Source: Octopus bimaculoides (taxonomy: Eukaryota). Taken from it: a stretch of DNA of 64,000 nt. The notes beneath the pieces were generated by a model, which made no database searches, was not told where the DNA came from, and saw only the letters and a program-made list of their open reading frames with translations. Shown here one piece after another: positions 25,138 through 39,790 of this stretch; position 1 is the stretch's first letter; each line of letters starts with the position of its first letter. The stretch lies in assembly GCF_001194135.2 (NCBI RefSeq), contig NC_069001.1:11936687-12000686 (forward strand), read 5' to 3'. The position numbers and the translations under genes are program-made.

Positions 25138-25445
25138 CGTGCCCTGAAACTTAACCTCAAATCAGCAGCAGAAGATCTCCTTGGTTGTGTCGGGAACGAT
25201 GAAAACTTTTTGAAAACTTTGCGTAGTCCTCTGAGCAGGTACCGCCAAGCTTTTGGTAAATTCTGACACAGATTCTCTGGTCAACTTTCTCTGTCATTGT
25301 CAATGCGACGATCACACGCTACACACCTTCCTTCCAAGCACTGTTGTAAACAGCAAAAGTGAGCTAGAACGTTCAAACTTAAAGCACATGCACAACAGAG
25401 TTCAAGATCAATATTTGCCAAGCGGCTCTACTATGTGTGCCTAAA
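25138..25445 (-). mobile_element. mariner-derived remnant with internal inversion
   Basis: Minus 25297-25205: MTEKVDQRICVRIYQKLGGTCSEDYAKF (mariner N-terminal HTH). Plus 25138-25220: SAAEDLLGCVGNDENFLKTL (segment preceding the ITGDE motif). Confidence 0.75.
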
Positions 25446-27254
25446 AGTCGTTACTATAGCAACAGTCCAGGTACTTATTGATCAGACCAGCTACATGCCT
25501 ATACAGATACACATAAGCTCAGATTCATACAATTGTGCATAGGGGCAAGTGAACGAACTCACAATATACACTCATGCTTGCAAAGATGCATACAGCACGC
25601 CTCGAAGCATAGATATAAAGACTGACACTTGCAAAACACACCTACGGATGGATAGCCATCCCCATCGGGGCAAAACACTCACACACGCACGTATGTACTA
25701 TACCGAAAACACTTTCACGCATGCATACATACATACATACATACATTCATACATACATACATGCATACACATGAGGAGAAAAACGTGGAGACACATGGAC
25801 ACTGGCATACGGACTCACTTACAAATACCCATGCTTCAATATACAGGTTTACAAACTCAGATACATATATCTACTCTCTTAGATACACTTGCACGCAATC
25901 ACAAGCCACATATAAATATAAACACATTCACAGCCACATACACACGCACAAAGCAGCTCCCACATACACACATATTTGCTTACATACGTACACATACACA
26001 GACAAATATACCCAGATATGCAAACATTGACGCTAAAGCGCATGCGCGTTCGCTTATCCGTTAACCTACATATTATCTTGAAGCTGTATTTGTCCTACAC
26101 TTTCAACTGTCGCTTTATTTACCATGTAACCATATTACCCAATGTTTACTGAATCTCTACATATATTGAACTATAACAGCAAATAAACAGACATTCAGAT
26201 CAACGCCACTATAATCAGCAGTTTCACTATTATGACTTGGTAAACAAGCAAGACTATGCTCTTGCTCGATTTATTAGAAATGACAGCAAAGTTTCCTTTA
26301 AAATGTAGCATGCTGGATTTATATTTGCGAAGAGGATAAGTTCCGTCCGTTAGTAACTGTTTGAAGAATAAATATTGTTTGGCTTTTCTCCACTCAAACT
26401 ATTTTTCCCCGTATCTTTCCGATCAGATGACAAGTGTCCGAAACTTCGAGCCTACTATACATTTCTTTCAAACCCTACCGCCTTGGGATTCAGATTAAGA
26501 ACACAAAAGCCTAGGGGTTTCACTGCAGAGAAAAAAAAATAGCTATTTAGGCCAGCTTTTACGTGTTTTTCCAGGCAGTTACCGATAGAATAGAGATCTT
26601 TCGATCAATACTACACTTCTCGGGAGGTAGAATTTATCATGGATCGATGAAAGGATCTTTCTCTTTGACATCGAAAATTCTGATCCTGGATAATACACAA
26701 AATTTGCAAGCATAGAGCCATATTGCATCTTCTTTGCACAATTATCGTCTGCAGTGAGCATAATAGACCTCCAATTTCAACGACGATTACTGTATTTCCG
26801 GCAGACGAAGTTTGGATTTTAGGCGTGTATTTGATGATGAAAACCGCTACATGTGTACTTTCATCTCAGGTATATTGTAATTTTATATTCTTTGTGGATC
26901 TTTCATCACAAATGTGATCGTTGTCTTCACGGTCCCTTGAAAGACACATGCGTCTGCGAACGATTAAATGCAACCAATTTTCTGCATATATACATACAAT
27001 CCTGAGTGTATATATGGTATGTGAAGTATACGCGGTATTAACCACAAATTTCCGCACTGCTTCAGGGCAGGATCTTCCGTTCGTGACACCCTTTATAAAG
27101 TTCTTTATAAACAAAATGTTCTTTATAAACATGTATGTGTGTGTGTGTGTCTTTGTGTCTCTGTGTGTGTAATATATATATATACACGTGCATATGTGTG
27201 TGTGTGTGTGTGTTTGTGTGTGCGCGCGTGCGTGTGTGTACGGCGGGGTTATTT

Positions 27255-27365
27255 CAGTTTCCATTTACGAATTCCACTCACAAGGTTTTAGTCGGCACCA
27301 GCAATAAACACTCTCCACTTATGTACTGCGTAATGGGACTAAACACACGATCACATGTTCGCGAT
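27255..27365 (-). mobile_element. Degenerate OK-type SINE fragment
   Basis: AGTTTCCATTTACGAATTCCACTCACAAGGTTTTAGTCGG...GGGACTAAACAC is the diverged reverse complement of the 46486 SINE 5' region. Confidence 0.6.
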
Positions 27366-27841
27366 GCAATAGCTACATAGCTACAATTGCTTTTATCAAA
27401 CCCCAAAGAACGAAATCTATAGTTTCCTCCAGCGTGAATCAAATACATATCGCATAGAGCGAGAACAAGCTTCATAGAGCAAAGTATTCTTCGTTCTAAC
27501 GCCTCTGTTAATTCGGCTCTTAGAATTCGCTTTCATTGCAATATTTTGATATATTTTAGCTATTAATATTTTCCGTGCAGACTTCTTTTTTTCAAAATTA
27601 ATTAATTAAATATGCTTTTAACAATATTACAGCTTAGTTTCATTTTATTAGTACACTACACTGAAATATTAGTCCATCGAGAACTGGGAGATAAGTGCAT
27701 GGAGCGTAACCAAGTTAGAAAAAGTATATTAGCCAAACACGAATTAGGCAGGACATAATATTTTGTTGTTTGTTAAACAACACGACGAAAGATTATGATT
27801 TATGACTGAAACAAGCACAACACTAGTCATGTATGAATGGA

Positions 27842-27884
<43 letters not shown>

Positions 27885-28079
27885 GGTATACACACACACA
27901 TATATATAGCTGTATGTATATACGTATATGTGCATAAACATATACCTATATATACATATATATATATATATGTATATGTATATAATCACACACAAAGGCA
28001 TACACGTAAAAATATATGCATATACATACAAACACACAAATACGCACACACATACACACACACACACACNNNNNNNNNN

Positions 28080-28119
<40 letters not shown>

Positions 28120-28468
28120 TATACATGTACATCAATGTACTTGAATGCTCACGTTTGCAGACAGACGCTCTCGCACGCATACCCACCCACACCACAGACA
28201 CATATATGTATATACATAAGTAGATAGTAAATACATAGGTACAAATTTGTATAAAATATGCCTATATATATGTATATGCATAATATATAAACATATAACC
28301 ATATATGAAAATATATATATATATATATATGTATAAATATAAATATATATACATACATATAGGTATATGTGTATACACACGTACATACATATATATTTAT
28401 ATATTTGTATATATGTATGTATATATAGTGAAGTATATTTGCCATTTAAATGTGGCTGTATATATATT

Positions 28469-28527
<59 letters not shown>

Positions 28528-29227
28528 TCACACACTCACGCATGCACACTTGCAAGCGCACATACAATCACGCAGGCACACACACGCACACACGCACTCA
28601 CACAAGTACACACACACACACACACACGCACACACACTCACACACACACACGCACACACACGCACACACACGCACACACACACACATATGATACATAGCA
28701 ACGGTTAAGCCATTTTCCCAAACAACATACTCATGCATTGAGTTATTGATCTTTTACACACGCGAAGAATTCTCTCATAATTTCGTATATTCTGACGACA
28801 GGACTAGAGATTATTTTATCATGTACTCGTTGCGAGGAATAACTAGGAATCGTACAATATGTCTGGCAGTAGGAAATATGCTTTTATTGGTTATTTTGAC
28901 GTATTTATTACATGTATTCGACGTGGATGTATCAAATATTTATTTACATAATAGAAGCAGAGATGTTTTAATGATCCTTCTTATGGATCGTATTTCGTAT
29001 GAAATATCATCAATGGAAAACGTCATAATTGCTTAGTCGTTATCGTAGACATAATGCATATGCCCACACTTATGGATACATGCAAATATATAGAGATATA
29101 GAGATACATTCGCATACATATAGTTATATGCATATACAAATATACACATATAGATAGATAGATATAGATATACACAGACATATGTATATATATATATAAA
29201 CATATGTATACATATATGGAAATATTT

Positions 29228-29318
<91 letters not shown>

Positions 29319-30000
29319 CCATGTATGCTTTGATTCTTTTATGTATTTCAACCCGAAGGCTGTGACCGTACTGGAATACTGTCAATATTATCACCTCTTG
29401 AATAGCAATTCTTTTGTGGTTGGCTTCCATTCGGTGAAGGAGGAAGTTCACTATTCCCGCCGTCCTTTGAGATGTTTGTGGTGATACATGTACGTTTTGA
29501 ACCTTGAGCAACAGGAGGTCCGTTCTTTTCTCTTCAAACCATGTATACCTAGTCTGTTTAGAGCCCTCAGATGTTTCGACAAGGTATTAAGTTGCCGTGA
29601 GACTTTGAATCCCAAGATATTGTAACACACAGTACTCATTCTGGGACATTTTGAACAAATCAGTGACGTCTAGTTTGGCCCTGTATAACATTCAGTGCCA
29701 AATTTTGGTGCCATCCCCACTAAGATCACCCCTTGGCATATCCTAGCGTATTGATTGAATGCATGTAACTGTGTATCTCATATATGAGGATTTGCGTTTG
29801 AGGGACGTTACAAGGCCGCTGACGTTCAGCGGAAAATACTAGAATGACATATGCTGTCGGTGGTGCCCACTGGCCTCACGTTTGTAAAGGCGTCACAGGT
29901 TGCCACCCTGTATCTGTTGTTGTTTGCAGTTGTGTAAGTATGGATATAGTTATAAAAACTGAAACACTCACACTCATAGATGGAAATATGTACATATATA

Positions 30001-30050
30001 AGCAGAAATATGCAGAAATATGCAGAAATAGGCAGAAATATGCAAATATA
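30001..30050. repeat. 10-bp tandem repeat GCAGAAATAT, about 4.5 copies
   Basis: Directly visible. Confidence 0.9.
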
Positions 30051-30310
30051 TGCGCATAAATACGTGCATGCAGATATATCCAAACATATTTACAGGTACA
30101 CGCATACACACACGTGTAATCAAATATAGAAATATAAACACGTACACATATGTATGTATGTGTGTGTGTATATATATACATATGTACGTATACATAGATA
30201 GATTCATACATACATACATACATACACACACACATACATACAGACATACATATATACATACATATACATACACATACGCATATATATATATGTATATATA
30301 CGTATATATG

Positions 30311-30357
<47 letters not shown>

Positions 30358-30545
30358 GTATATATATGTATATATATCTATGTGTGTGCGTGTATATATA
30401 TATATATATATATATATACATGAAAATGATTGATATAGAAGAACACAGAAATATACACACATATAGGCAATTATGTAGGCATACACACATGTACACATAC
30501 ATATATGTGTATTTATATGTTTATACACATACGCAGACACAAATG

Positions 30546-30636
<91 letters not shown>

Positions 30637-31397
30637 TATGGACGAGCACGCGCATGTATGCGAATATATCCATGTACAAACGCGCAGGCACATTCATATA
30701 TATATATATATATACATGCATACACCGTGCGAATAGTCATATATACTGTTTACGAAAACAATGAGAAATCAGAAGACAATTACATGTGTATAATTAGCAG
30801 CTGTGTTTGAAATTTCAGTGTTTTCTTGACAACGAAAATAAACACATTGTTTCCATTTTTCTAATTTCTACGCTATTATTTTCATAACTTGTACTGAAAT
30901 TGCATCAAGAACAAACATCAAGCATAAGAAGGGAAAGGGCATAAAACACATTTAAATGTTTGATAAAATCTAGCAAAAACACGTTCCTGGAATATCTAAA
31001 CTGCTTCTTTTCTTTTAAATCCGTACGCGTTCATTTTCAATGACTGCATTCAGTGCGCGGACTGATATCGGTTTTGTGCCGTATACTTTATATTTTAATT
31101 ATCTGCATCATATTTTAATTATCCAATGTAGATAAAAATAATCAAGAATGTGAGACTTTGTGGAACCGGGGAATATTCAACAAGACCTCTTTGTCTAATC
31201 TACCTGCTCAACAAAATCTGAAAGTAAAAGGTTACGCTCTTCTTATGGTGTAGAAGCTTAACGCTTGTTCAAGAAATTCATTAACAAAAGTGTACTAGGA
31301 GTGGAAATCAGGTTATATTTATTCCATATATACAGTACTCTGAAGCGTCTTATTATGGATTGGCTCTTGTATTGAGATCGAAAGAGTGAGAAATATG

Positions 31398-31585
31398 CGA
31401 AGGTGCGTGGCCGAGAGGACAGGCTGTTGTTCCAGTTCCCCTTCGATCAGGGGTTTATTTGGCCTGCTCGTGTAGCCATCGGGACGGCGTCATATGAAGG
31501 CTAAAGCAATGCAAAAGCGCATTGTGACTAGCGATATGTAACATCTGTTACCTTGGTCAGTTCCTTTGATCACTTGATCACATGA
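31398..31585 (+). mobile_element. Octopus SINE-like element, different tail family
   Basis: GAAGGTGCGTGG head remnant; GGCGTCATATGAAGGCTAAAGCAATGCAAAAGCGCATTGTGACTAGCGAT...GATCACTTGATCACATG tail recalled from octopus repeats. Confidence 0.55.
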
Positions 31586-32639
31586 ATGACAAATGTACAC
31601 ATATTAAGGCACGAATTTCATCACCACTCGTATAACTCTCCACTAAACATTATTATTAAATGGTTCAAATAAATTGTCCTCATCAAGGAAGCAACATTAT
31701 GAAGTGAATATGTCCATTTTCATTCTCTCTATCATAAATGCAACGATGGAAGTTCAAATTGCATATCAGTAACAGAGTTGTAACCAGCCTCTATGTGCTA
31801 ATATATATGCTTCATACATATATAAGCTGAAGAGACGAGCTAGCTTAACCCTAGGCAGCCGGGTAAGAGCCACTAACGAACATTAATCAAAATGCGAAAT
31901 TACTACAGATCTGACTATACCCCGGATGCTGTAGGGAGATTGCCTCCCTTGTCAATCATAAGATAAGTTTGTTCTTGTAGCGAAGAGTTGTTTTGAATCT
32001 TGTTTCTAGCAATTCTGGAGCCAGCAAGTACAGTTACTCAGGTTAGTGAAGTCTATAATTCTGCCTTTCGGCTGTAAATTTTGAATAAGCCACCTTTATT
32101 ATATGTGTGAATGTGTGTGTTGGTGTGTGTGTGTTTCTAAGCACTCAGTAAAGGTCTGAGTCGCGTTAAATGTTTATGTATATATATACATATATATTCA
32201 TTGTTTAAACACAAAGAAACACGTTTACGCTTTTAGCTTAAATGGTAAATAATTTCAGATAATTTTATCTTTGGTGTTTATAAATCTGAAAATAAGAAAT
32301 ATAAGAATACGCTTTCCGCATAACAACTGTTTTTATTTCTTACCATTATAGTTTTCCTGAAAATATTTTGGCGTATGTATTGAAAAGATGAGTTTGACAT
32401 ACATAATGCAAGTAAAATTGAGAGAGGGTAAAAAGTATCATGTCTTTTTGAATATTTTGTACATAAAAATGGTTTTAATGTATACTTTTTATTGTGAATG
32501 TTACAACCAAATGAGTTTTGGCTGAAGGAGAAAAAAACCTAAGTTATCGGTTTGCATTAGTGTTCATGTTACCAAACTTTTTTGAGATATTCGGATATGT
32601 ATAGACAATGCCTGGTACTGTATAAATAGATACCTACAC

Positions 32640-32930
32640 CGCTCACGGTATTTCTACTCTGCCCAGTTCCTATTTTTCGTTCTTTCTTAGACTGGTCCTT
32701 TAGCTGACCAGTCGCAAATTCTGTCTCTCCGCATACCTTCGTTCAAATCATTTTCTAAGCGTTACCCATTATTCTAGTCTTCTTGGCTCCAAGGCCGTAT
32801 TTTGCTCGAATGATTCTCCTCGGGAACCGTCCTAGATCCCGCTCTGTGTCATTTTGCATGTTTTCGGTCTATCAGATCCTTCTGCTTGTCTTTGATCGGA
32901 GCATTTAACTGAAGACTCTTGTCCATGGTA
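32640..32930 (-). mobile_element. Possible highly decayed RTE-like LINE 3' coding end
   Basis: Minus strand RAGSRTVPEENHSSKIRPWSQED*..RLENDL loosely resembles RWAGHVxR..NRW...W.P.....RW.DDL. Confidence 0.3.
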
Positions 32931-33608
32931 ACATACAGTGAGACTGAAACTAGAAACTCTTCTCTGGGAAGCTAAATTCATAACACACCCTCCCTCCCCC
33001 ACACGCCTGTGTACGTATGCGCACGCGGGCGTATATATGTTTAGGCATATTAACTTTTTCCAATGCATCTCGGTTACAAATGGATATTTATATTCTCCAC
33101 GGCCATAATATACAAATATTTGTATCGTATAAAAACGCTTAGGAATCATGAGCCCCTTAATGTATTTTGTCCTCTTAATGTTTATATAGACAACAGCGAT
33201 TTTTTTTTTGTGTTCAACAATGTTTCATACTCACAAGCTCTCCACTCTGGTATATATGTAATATCATCGATGCGTTTATTTAATGTGTGTAATCTACTAA
33301 ACCTTGCGTTTACCTAATAGCATTCTTTGGCGATATATATTCACACAGCGAGGTGGTTCATAATTATAACACACACACATTCAGGCATATATCTACATAC
33401 TTGTATGTAAGCGTATACACGGATATATCGTGCAAAATACGATGATAGAATGGAAGTAAGCCATTAGTTATTCTCTACAACGGCCATTCTAAACCAATTT
33501 ATATAGACCGTGATTTTCTGTTCTCAACGCTTTTTAAATAGTTGCCACAAATGCAAATGACTTGTTGAGCTTGCAAATAATCCATTATTATTATTATCAT
33601 CATCATCA

Positions 33609-33658
<50 letters not shown>

Positions 33659-33688
33659 TTGTTGTTGTTGTTGTTATTATTATTATTA

Positions 33689-33803
33689 AGGCGGTGAGCT
33701 GGAGGAATCGTTATCACGTCGCAGAGAACAGTTTAGCGGTACCTCGTCAACCCGTCACGTTCTGAGTTCAAATTCCCACAGAGGACAAATTCCACCGAGG
33801 ACA
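33689..33803 (+). mobile_element. Octopus SINE head (GGCGG-start family)
   Basis: GGCGGTGAGCTGGAGGAATCGTTATCACG...CGTTCTGAGTTCAAATTCC, directly after (ATT)n. Confidence 0.8.
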
Positions 33804-33919
33804 GAGAAAAAAGCGTGAGAGAGCGAATGTGTGTATCTGTGTGTGCGCGTGTGTGTGTGTGAGTGTGTTTGTGTGTGTGTGTGTGCATGTGTGTGTGTAT
33901 GCGTGTCTTTTATTTTTGT

Positions 33920-34080
33920 GGTTGACCCCTCGAAAATCAGTGTTGTTTAGTATACTTTATCATAACTCATTGGTTCAGCACAACACACCAATAGCATAAC
34001 TATTGCAATCGATTTCTTCGACTTAAGATTCTAAGGGTTTGCCTAGATATGACCGCTGTCCAAATAATAAAACAAGTCAA
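33920..34080 (+). mobile_element. Degenerate SINE 3' half
   Basis: (GT)n, then CAGTGTTG..., AATCGATTTCTTCGACTTAAG...ATGACCGCTGTCCAAATAATAAAACAAGT. Confidence 0.5.
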
Positions 34081-34569
34081 TCATTCTAATCTCCCGGTTG
34101 ATCCGCATTGTGTACCGACCACCGTATGCATCTAGTGTGAGTAAAAGCCGTCTCTTACATTACAGCCGATAATTACAATTCTCACGAGTTAAATTCAACA
34201 TAACCACAACGGTAACAAGTTTACTGTCCGACGATTCAGACTTTCGAATGTTCATTGTCGTTCTGTTCAAACTATTGCAGTTCATATGATTTAAGACGAA
34301 TTGTCATTATTTAAATGCAGCCAGTTTCGCCACACAACGAATTTATAGTTCATTGACTTTTTAAATAGCTTCACAGATGTTAAAGTTGGCAGACTGAAAT
34401 ACACCGCTTATGTCAACTGCTGGCATATTGAAATACAATATGGCCATTGCAAAGCTATGACGCTTTGAAATAGCATTGTAAGAAATGCTACTGTCCGTCA
34501 ACCAAATTCCGCTCAGAAGACGGAGGCAATATTAAACGATACTTACCAATATTACCACATATTCCTTCA

Positions 34570-34647
<78 letters not shown>

Positions 34648-35819
34648 AATAATTGTAAGGGTAGCCAAAAAATTAAGAAATTTAATTACTACCAGTGGTG
34701 TAGCGAGAAGAAAATTAGTCAACAGACTATATATTATTCATGTAAAATAGTGTACATTTAATACACATTAGATATGCCCATAAAGGGCGTGTGTGTATAC
34801 ATATATGTGTGTATTATATGTATATTGTTGACAGAGATACAGGGACTACCAAGCAGGTTTTCAAAATTCAGTTTCAAGGAAACAATGTTCATGATTATCG
34901 TAGTTCATCAACTGTCATAAACCTGGTGAGGAAAAGAAAACATACAAAAGCAAAACGTGCCGCATTGGTGAGAAGAAACAACTCCCTTCTGGGCATTCGG
35001 ATGTATGAGGGAAACTTGCTAGAAATTAGCGAAATCCTATTATAAAATGGTTGAAGCAATTATAAAGCAATAAAGTAAAGTGTATATTTAAAAGCTGCAA
35101 TAGAAAATGAATAAAATAAAATGTACTTCACTCAATTTCGGAATAACCATGCAGCGGTGAGTATATCGGGTTCAAAGGAGTATATGGCACTTGGTGCCCA
35201 AAAATGAAATATTGGAAAATACATAAACCTTTCCTAAAACTCTTGAAGTTTGAAGTTTTAAACATTAATAACATTTTTAATGTGAACTATGAAATTGCTC
35301 TGGAAATTAATGATTCGAAATTGAAAATTTAAAATTAAACTTAAGAATAATAGTGTATTTTTTTAAAAGAAAAACTCATAATTATGGATTAAAAAATATA
35401 TAAAGTTAAATTAATAAAATTTAAATTCAGAAATAAAAATAAGATTAAAATGAAAACACAGAAATAAAAATTTTAAATGATTGAAAAAGAATTGAAAAAT
35501 ATTAATCAAAGAATTTAAAAGGTTAAAAGTGAAACGATAAAAAATACGAAAATTAAAATTAAAATGAACAAAATGAAGAAATTTAATTAAGAAATTAAAT
35601 TTAAAAAAACTGAATATAAGACGCTTAAAATTAAGATTGGTTTTTAAATTAGACAATTAAAAAATATCTAATTGAATTAAAAATTAACTGTAAGAAAGAA
35701 ACGCACACACATGATTTATACATATACCTAGATGCAGACACACAAGTATACATACATACAAACATAAATGTATTCATACATGCATACATACATAGATGTG
35801 TCCATAGCTTTTAGCACCA

Positions 35820-36480
35820 ACCTAATCATGGTCGATTTCCTGGACGTAACCTTAGAAATGAACACAGGTTTGTTCTGAGCCTACAGGAAAGCCAACGAGG
35901 GAAGTATATACGCCCACAAGAACTCGAACCTTCCTCGCTATAATTAGAATCTTTGTCGCAGGCATTAGAGCATGAATATCCAAACACTTCGCTGATTGGG
36001 AGATGTTTAAGATTCCCCATCCACTACAATGAAGCTTTGGCTAGAGGTGGGTCCACCGAGATGCTTACCCCTTCTCCGCATCTCAAGAGAATAAGGAAGA
36101 GGTAAATTATCTGGTTAAACCTAGAACTTTCCATTAACACAGCTATGGGCTTCCTGTTGTTAATTAAGAAGCATTTCCTGAGGTCACTAGTACAACAAGT
36201 TTCTCATGGTGAGTTACTACTACTTAGACAACAACGCATCTACTACCACAGACATAAATATGCACTCGCCCAGTCCCCAACTCCAACCTGCAAAACCCTA
36301 CCTGCTGCCCTCTAGGAGGATTCTCACCCTCACGAGCTGTAGTCGACAGAGCCACTCTCACACCACCGGATGGCATCATAAGGCTCTATACAGGTTTTAC
36401 AGACAACAGTTTCTAATGAAGATATTCAGAGCACACTCACTCGCTCAGATGCAGGAACAGAGAGAATTCTGCTTCTCTAT
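35820..36480 (+). mobile_element. Penelope-like element: RT C-terminus, linker and GIY-YIG remnant
   Basis: VDFLDVTLEMNTGLF*AYRKAN..HYNEALARGG..RKR*IIWLN..LLLIKKHF..CCPLGG..AVVDRATL..RLYTGFTDNSF**RYSEH. Confidence 0.8.
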
Positions 36481-38379
36481 CTCACTTCCTCTGGAGACAC
36501 CGTAGTTTTCGAAATAAAACTCCCAGCATCAAATGGACCAAGGCCTGCAGGGCTCCAGCTTACCCTGCGCCCATTGTTAACAGTTCTGTCTCCGCAAAAC
36601 ACTACGCATCCTCTACCAGCCTACAGTATCCATCAATAGGAAATACGAACTGTCATTTGCTGTCACCAGTGGTATGTCCTTCTGGTGAACTTCAAACTAC
36701 TGGCCAACGAGAGTTCGGGGAAACCACGTTAGCATCAGTTGTTCCCCTGCACTGGCTTCAGCAAGGATAGAGTTACCAACCTACAACAGCAGAACCGCCA
36801 AACATTAACTTCCAGTGTCTGCGTAGCCTGACACACCTGAACTTGTGCACCCACCCAAACCCTTAATTCCACCTGAAAAACCTGGGCGCGTATGCTTAAG
36901 CAACCGCATATGAACACACACACAAGCATGCACGTACACGCGCACACACCGCACACTTGCTAGCGCACCCGCAAATCCATGACAATCGTATGCGCATATG
37001 CACGCGATTATATATATATATATNNNNNNNNNNNNNNNNNNNNNNNNNNNNNNNNNNNNNNNNNNNNNNNNNNNNNNNNNNNNNNNNNNNNNNNNNNNNN
37101 NNNNNNNNNNNNNNNNNNNNNNNNNNNNNNNNNNNNNNNNNNNNNNNNNNNNNNNNNNNNNNNNNNNNNNNNNNNNNNNNNNNNNNNNNNNNNNNNNNNN
37201 NNNNNNNNNNNNNNNNNNNNNNNNNNNNNNNNNNNNNNNNNNNNNNNNNNNNNNNNNNNNNNNNNNNNNNNNNNNNNNNNNNNNNNNNNNNNNNNNNNNN
37301 NNNNNNNNNNNNNNNNNNNNNNNNNNNNNNNNNNNNNNNNNNNNNNNNNNNNNNNNNNNNNNNNNNNNNNNNNNNNNNNNNNNNNNNNNNNNNNNNNNNN
37401 NNNNNNNNNNNNNNNNNNNNNNNNNNNNNNNNNNNNNNNNNNNNNNNNNNNNNNNNNNNNNNNNNNNNNNNATATACACGCACACACTAGATAGATAGAT
37501 AGATAGATAAACAGACAGACAGATATGCAATACACCCATGTTATCTAAACATATATTCCTCACAATACAAATGAGTACACCAGTTTTCATCCAGTCACCT
37601 TGCTATTTCTTATTTGCACTAAGTCTTTACTGAGTAACTTCATTGGTTCTCGAATTCTGTTTGGATAGACATAGCTTCTTTTTGTTTTCTTTATTAATTT
37701 TTGTTCCCTTTCATGACTGCATATCTTTATAACAATGAAGGACTTTATACATAATTTTCTTTTTCCCAGTATGTTTCTCAATGCAGGATTTTCTTTCTGC
37801 AGAAATTTGCATTGTCGATATAGAATTTGTTGTGTGTCTTTTCATTTTTTATATGCTTTTATTCGTGTAGATTCATTTACATTTCACCCCATGTACAGCG
37901 TACGTGGAGTACACACAGTACATAGATCACATAGTTCACATCTTACTCACAATCGTATAAGATGATAATAGATTAAACGATATATTTATATGTCATATAT
38001 GTATATGTATATTATGTATATGTGTGCGTGTGTGTTTGTCTAAGTGTGTAAATATGTACATACACATACTCACAAGCATGTATATATGCATATATAAGTT
38101 TTACATTTACTTAATAATCCACCTATATACTAATGTTTTGAATTCCTTTCCTTGTTTATATCACCAAACATGTATGTGTGTGAATATATATATAATATTA
38201 TAACATATTATCAATAATAAATCTCTAAACGAGGTATAAACAGTAGCTGCACGCCATCCTGAAGTATATTTGCCACTTAAATGTGGCTAACCCTTAGGGG
38301 TGGATGCTACTGTAGCATGTAGCCCTAGATCACAGGAAATGGCAATGGACATTTTAGGGAATTTCGGTTTTTGCTAGAG

Positions 38380-39790
38380 AATATGGCACTCACACATCCT
38401 TGAGCTTGCCACTCTTATTGGCACCAGACTTCTCGCTCTGGCTTGTCTCTGGATAATGTCAATATAGTGGAGAGTGTCTATGAGGTGTCGTGCAAGCCTA
38501 GTTGGACCTAAAACTCTGGACAGACATTGTTGACCTCTGCGCGATATGTGCTGCTTTTTTTCCCTGTATATACTTATTTTATTTTTATTAGGAAGACCTG
38601 CGGCGATGGGAGATCGGCCAAGTATGCGGACCTGACGGTTTGGAAGTATGTAGTCAGCGACCTGCACGTAGGCTGCCCATGCCAGATATGAAGTAATCTC
38701 CTTGTCGCCCAAGACAAGGATAGGTTTCGATAATGCATGGGTGTCTGAGCAGCTCCATTTGCAGGGGGGACTGCGTGGAATTTAAGCAGTACATTGTGGG
38801 CATGGCACTTTACAATCAATAGTCACTGAACTTCAGCAACGTTTTCATCAAACGATTCTTTATTCTTTGTGTGTGGCAGTAGCATATCCCAGTGTTTCAG
38901 GTGCACTTTGAAGAACCTGGTCTCGAAAATCTTCCCATACCGTAGTATTTTCGATGCTGGACAAGCGAGTCTGAGGCGTTTCCCTCAACAAGGTATCATA
39001 TATTTTGTGGTCATTCAGACGCTGAGGAATGCCCACTGGCCCTCTGCACTTTTTCACTCTAATCATCATCCGAAACTTTGCTCCCACCAGACTGTGGTCT
39101 GTCCAGCATTCCGATCCATAAAAGGACTTGACATTAGAAATGTCATAAATGGTACGCTTGCGGATAATGACATAATCCAGCAAGTGCCTAACTTTAGATC
39201 TTGAAGGTATCCGTTGTTGCGTGATCACTTTCGTGCATAAAATCAGTGCTTGCGATGTAATGTCCATGTTAAATGCTAAGCTCCAGCGGCATGAGATCAT
39301 TGCTATTCATTTTCCCTACACTAAAACGTCTTAGAAAATTCCATGTTTGCATTGAAATCCCCCAGTAGAAATATTTAACAGAATTGGGGATTTCCCTAAG
39401 TATGGCTCTCAGCTGGGTATAAAAGATTGTTTTATCCTCATCACAACTAGTCAAGGTAGGTGCATAGGCACATATTAGAGTAGCAAACTGCCCACATTTC
39501 ATGTGCAATCGTAGAGCCATTAGACGTTTATTTATAGGAACAGGAAGCTCCTCCAACTTCTTAAGGATATCAGATAGAACTGCAAATCCAACATCAGCCT
39601 CTCTACGCTCCTCCTTCAGCCTCCCCTTCCAAAAAGGTGTATCCACCTCCTACTTTCTCAAACTCACCATTACCTTCTATACGAGTCTCTGAAAGTGTAG
39701 CTACATCAATGTTATAGCGGTTCAGCTCGCGAGCAACAAGTGCAGTGCGTCTTTCAGGCCTGAAATGGTTCGAGTTCCATCCAGATTTTG
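38380..39790 (-). mobile_element. RTE-clade LINE: APE endonuclease joined to the ORF C-terminus, RT core deleted
   Basis: RPERRTALVARELNRYNIDVATLSETR, FWKGR..DVGFAV, ICAYAPTL, LLDYVII, CWTDHSLV (APE motifs); ESFDENVAEVQ linker; then LAWAAYVQVADYILP and a decayed terminal zinc-finger-like segment. Confidence 0.85.

Noticed and set aside
26424-26450. CAGATGA-CAAGTGTCC-GAAAC, a hammerhead-like word pattern
   Set aside because: Stem II and stem III do not pair and there is no UH triplet. It may be a decayed pLTR but is unsupported.
34835-34925. AG..GT-bounded open segment DTGTTKQVFKIQFQGNNVHDYRSSSTVINL
   Set aside because: Splice signals are plausible, but the peptide is unrecognisable and no partner exons are evident.
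35270-35690. A-rich, extremely AT-rich stretch
   Set aside because: Low-complexity sequence with no stable repeat unit that I could define.
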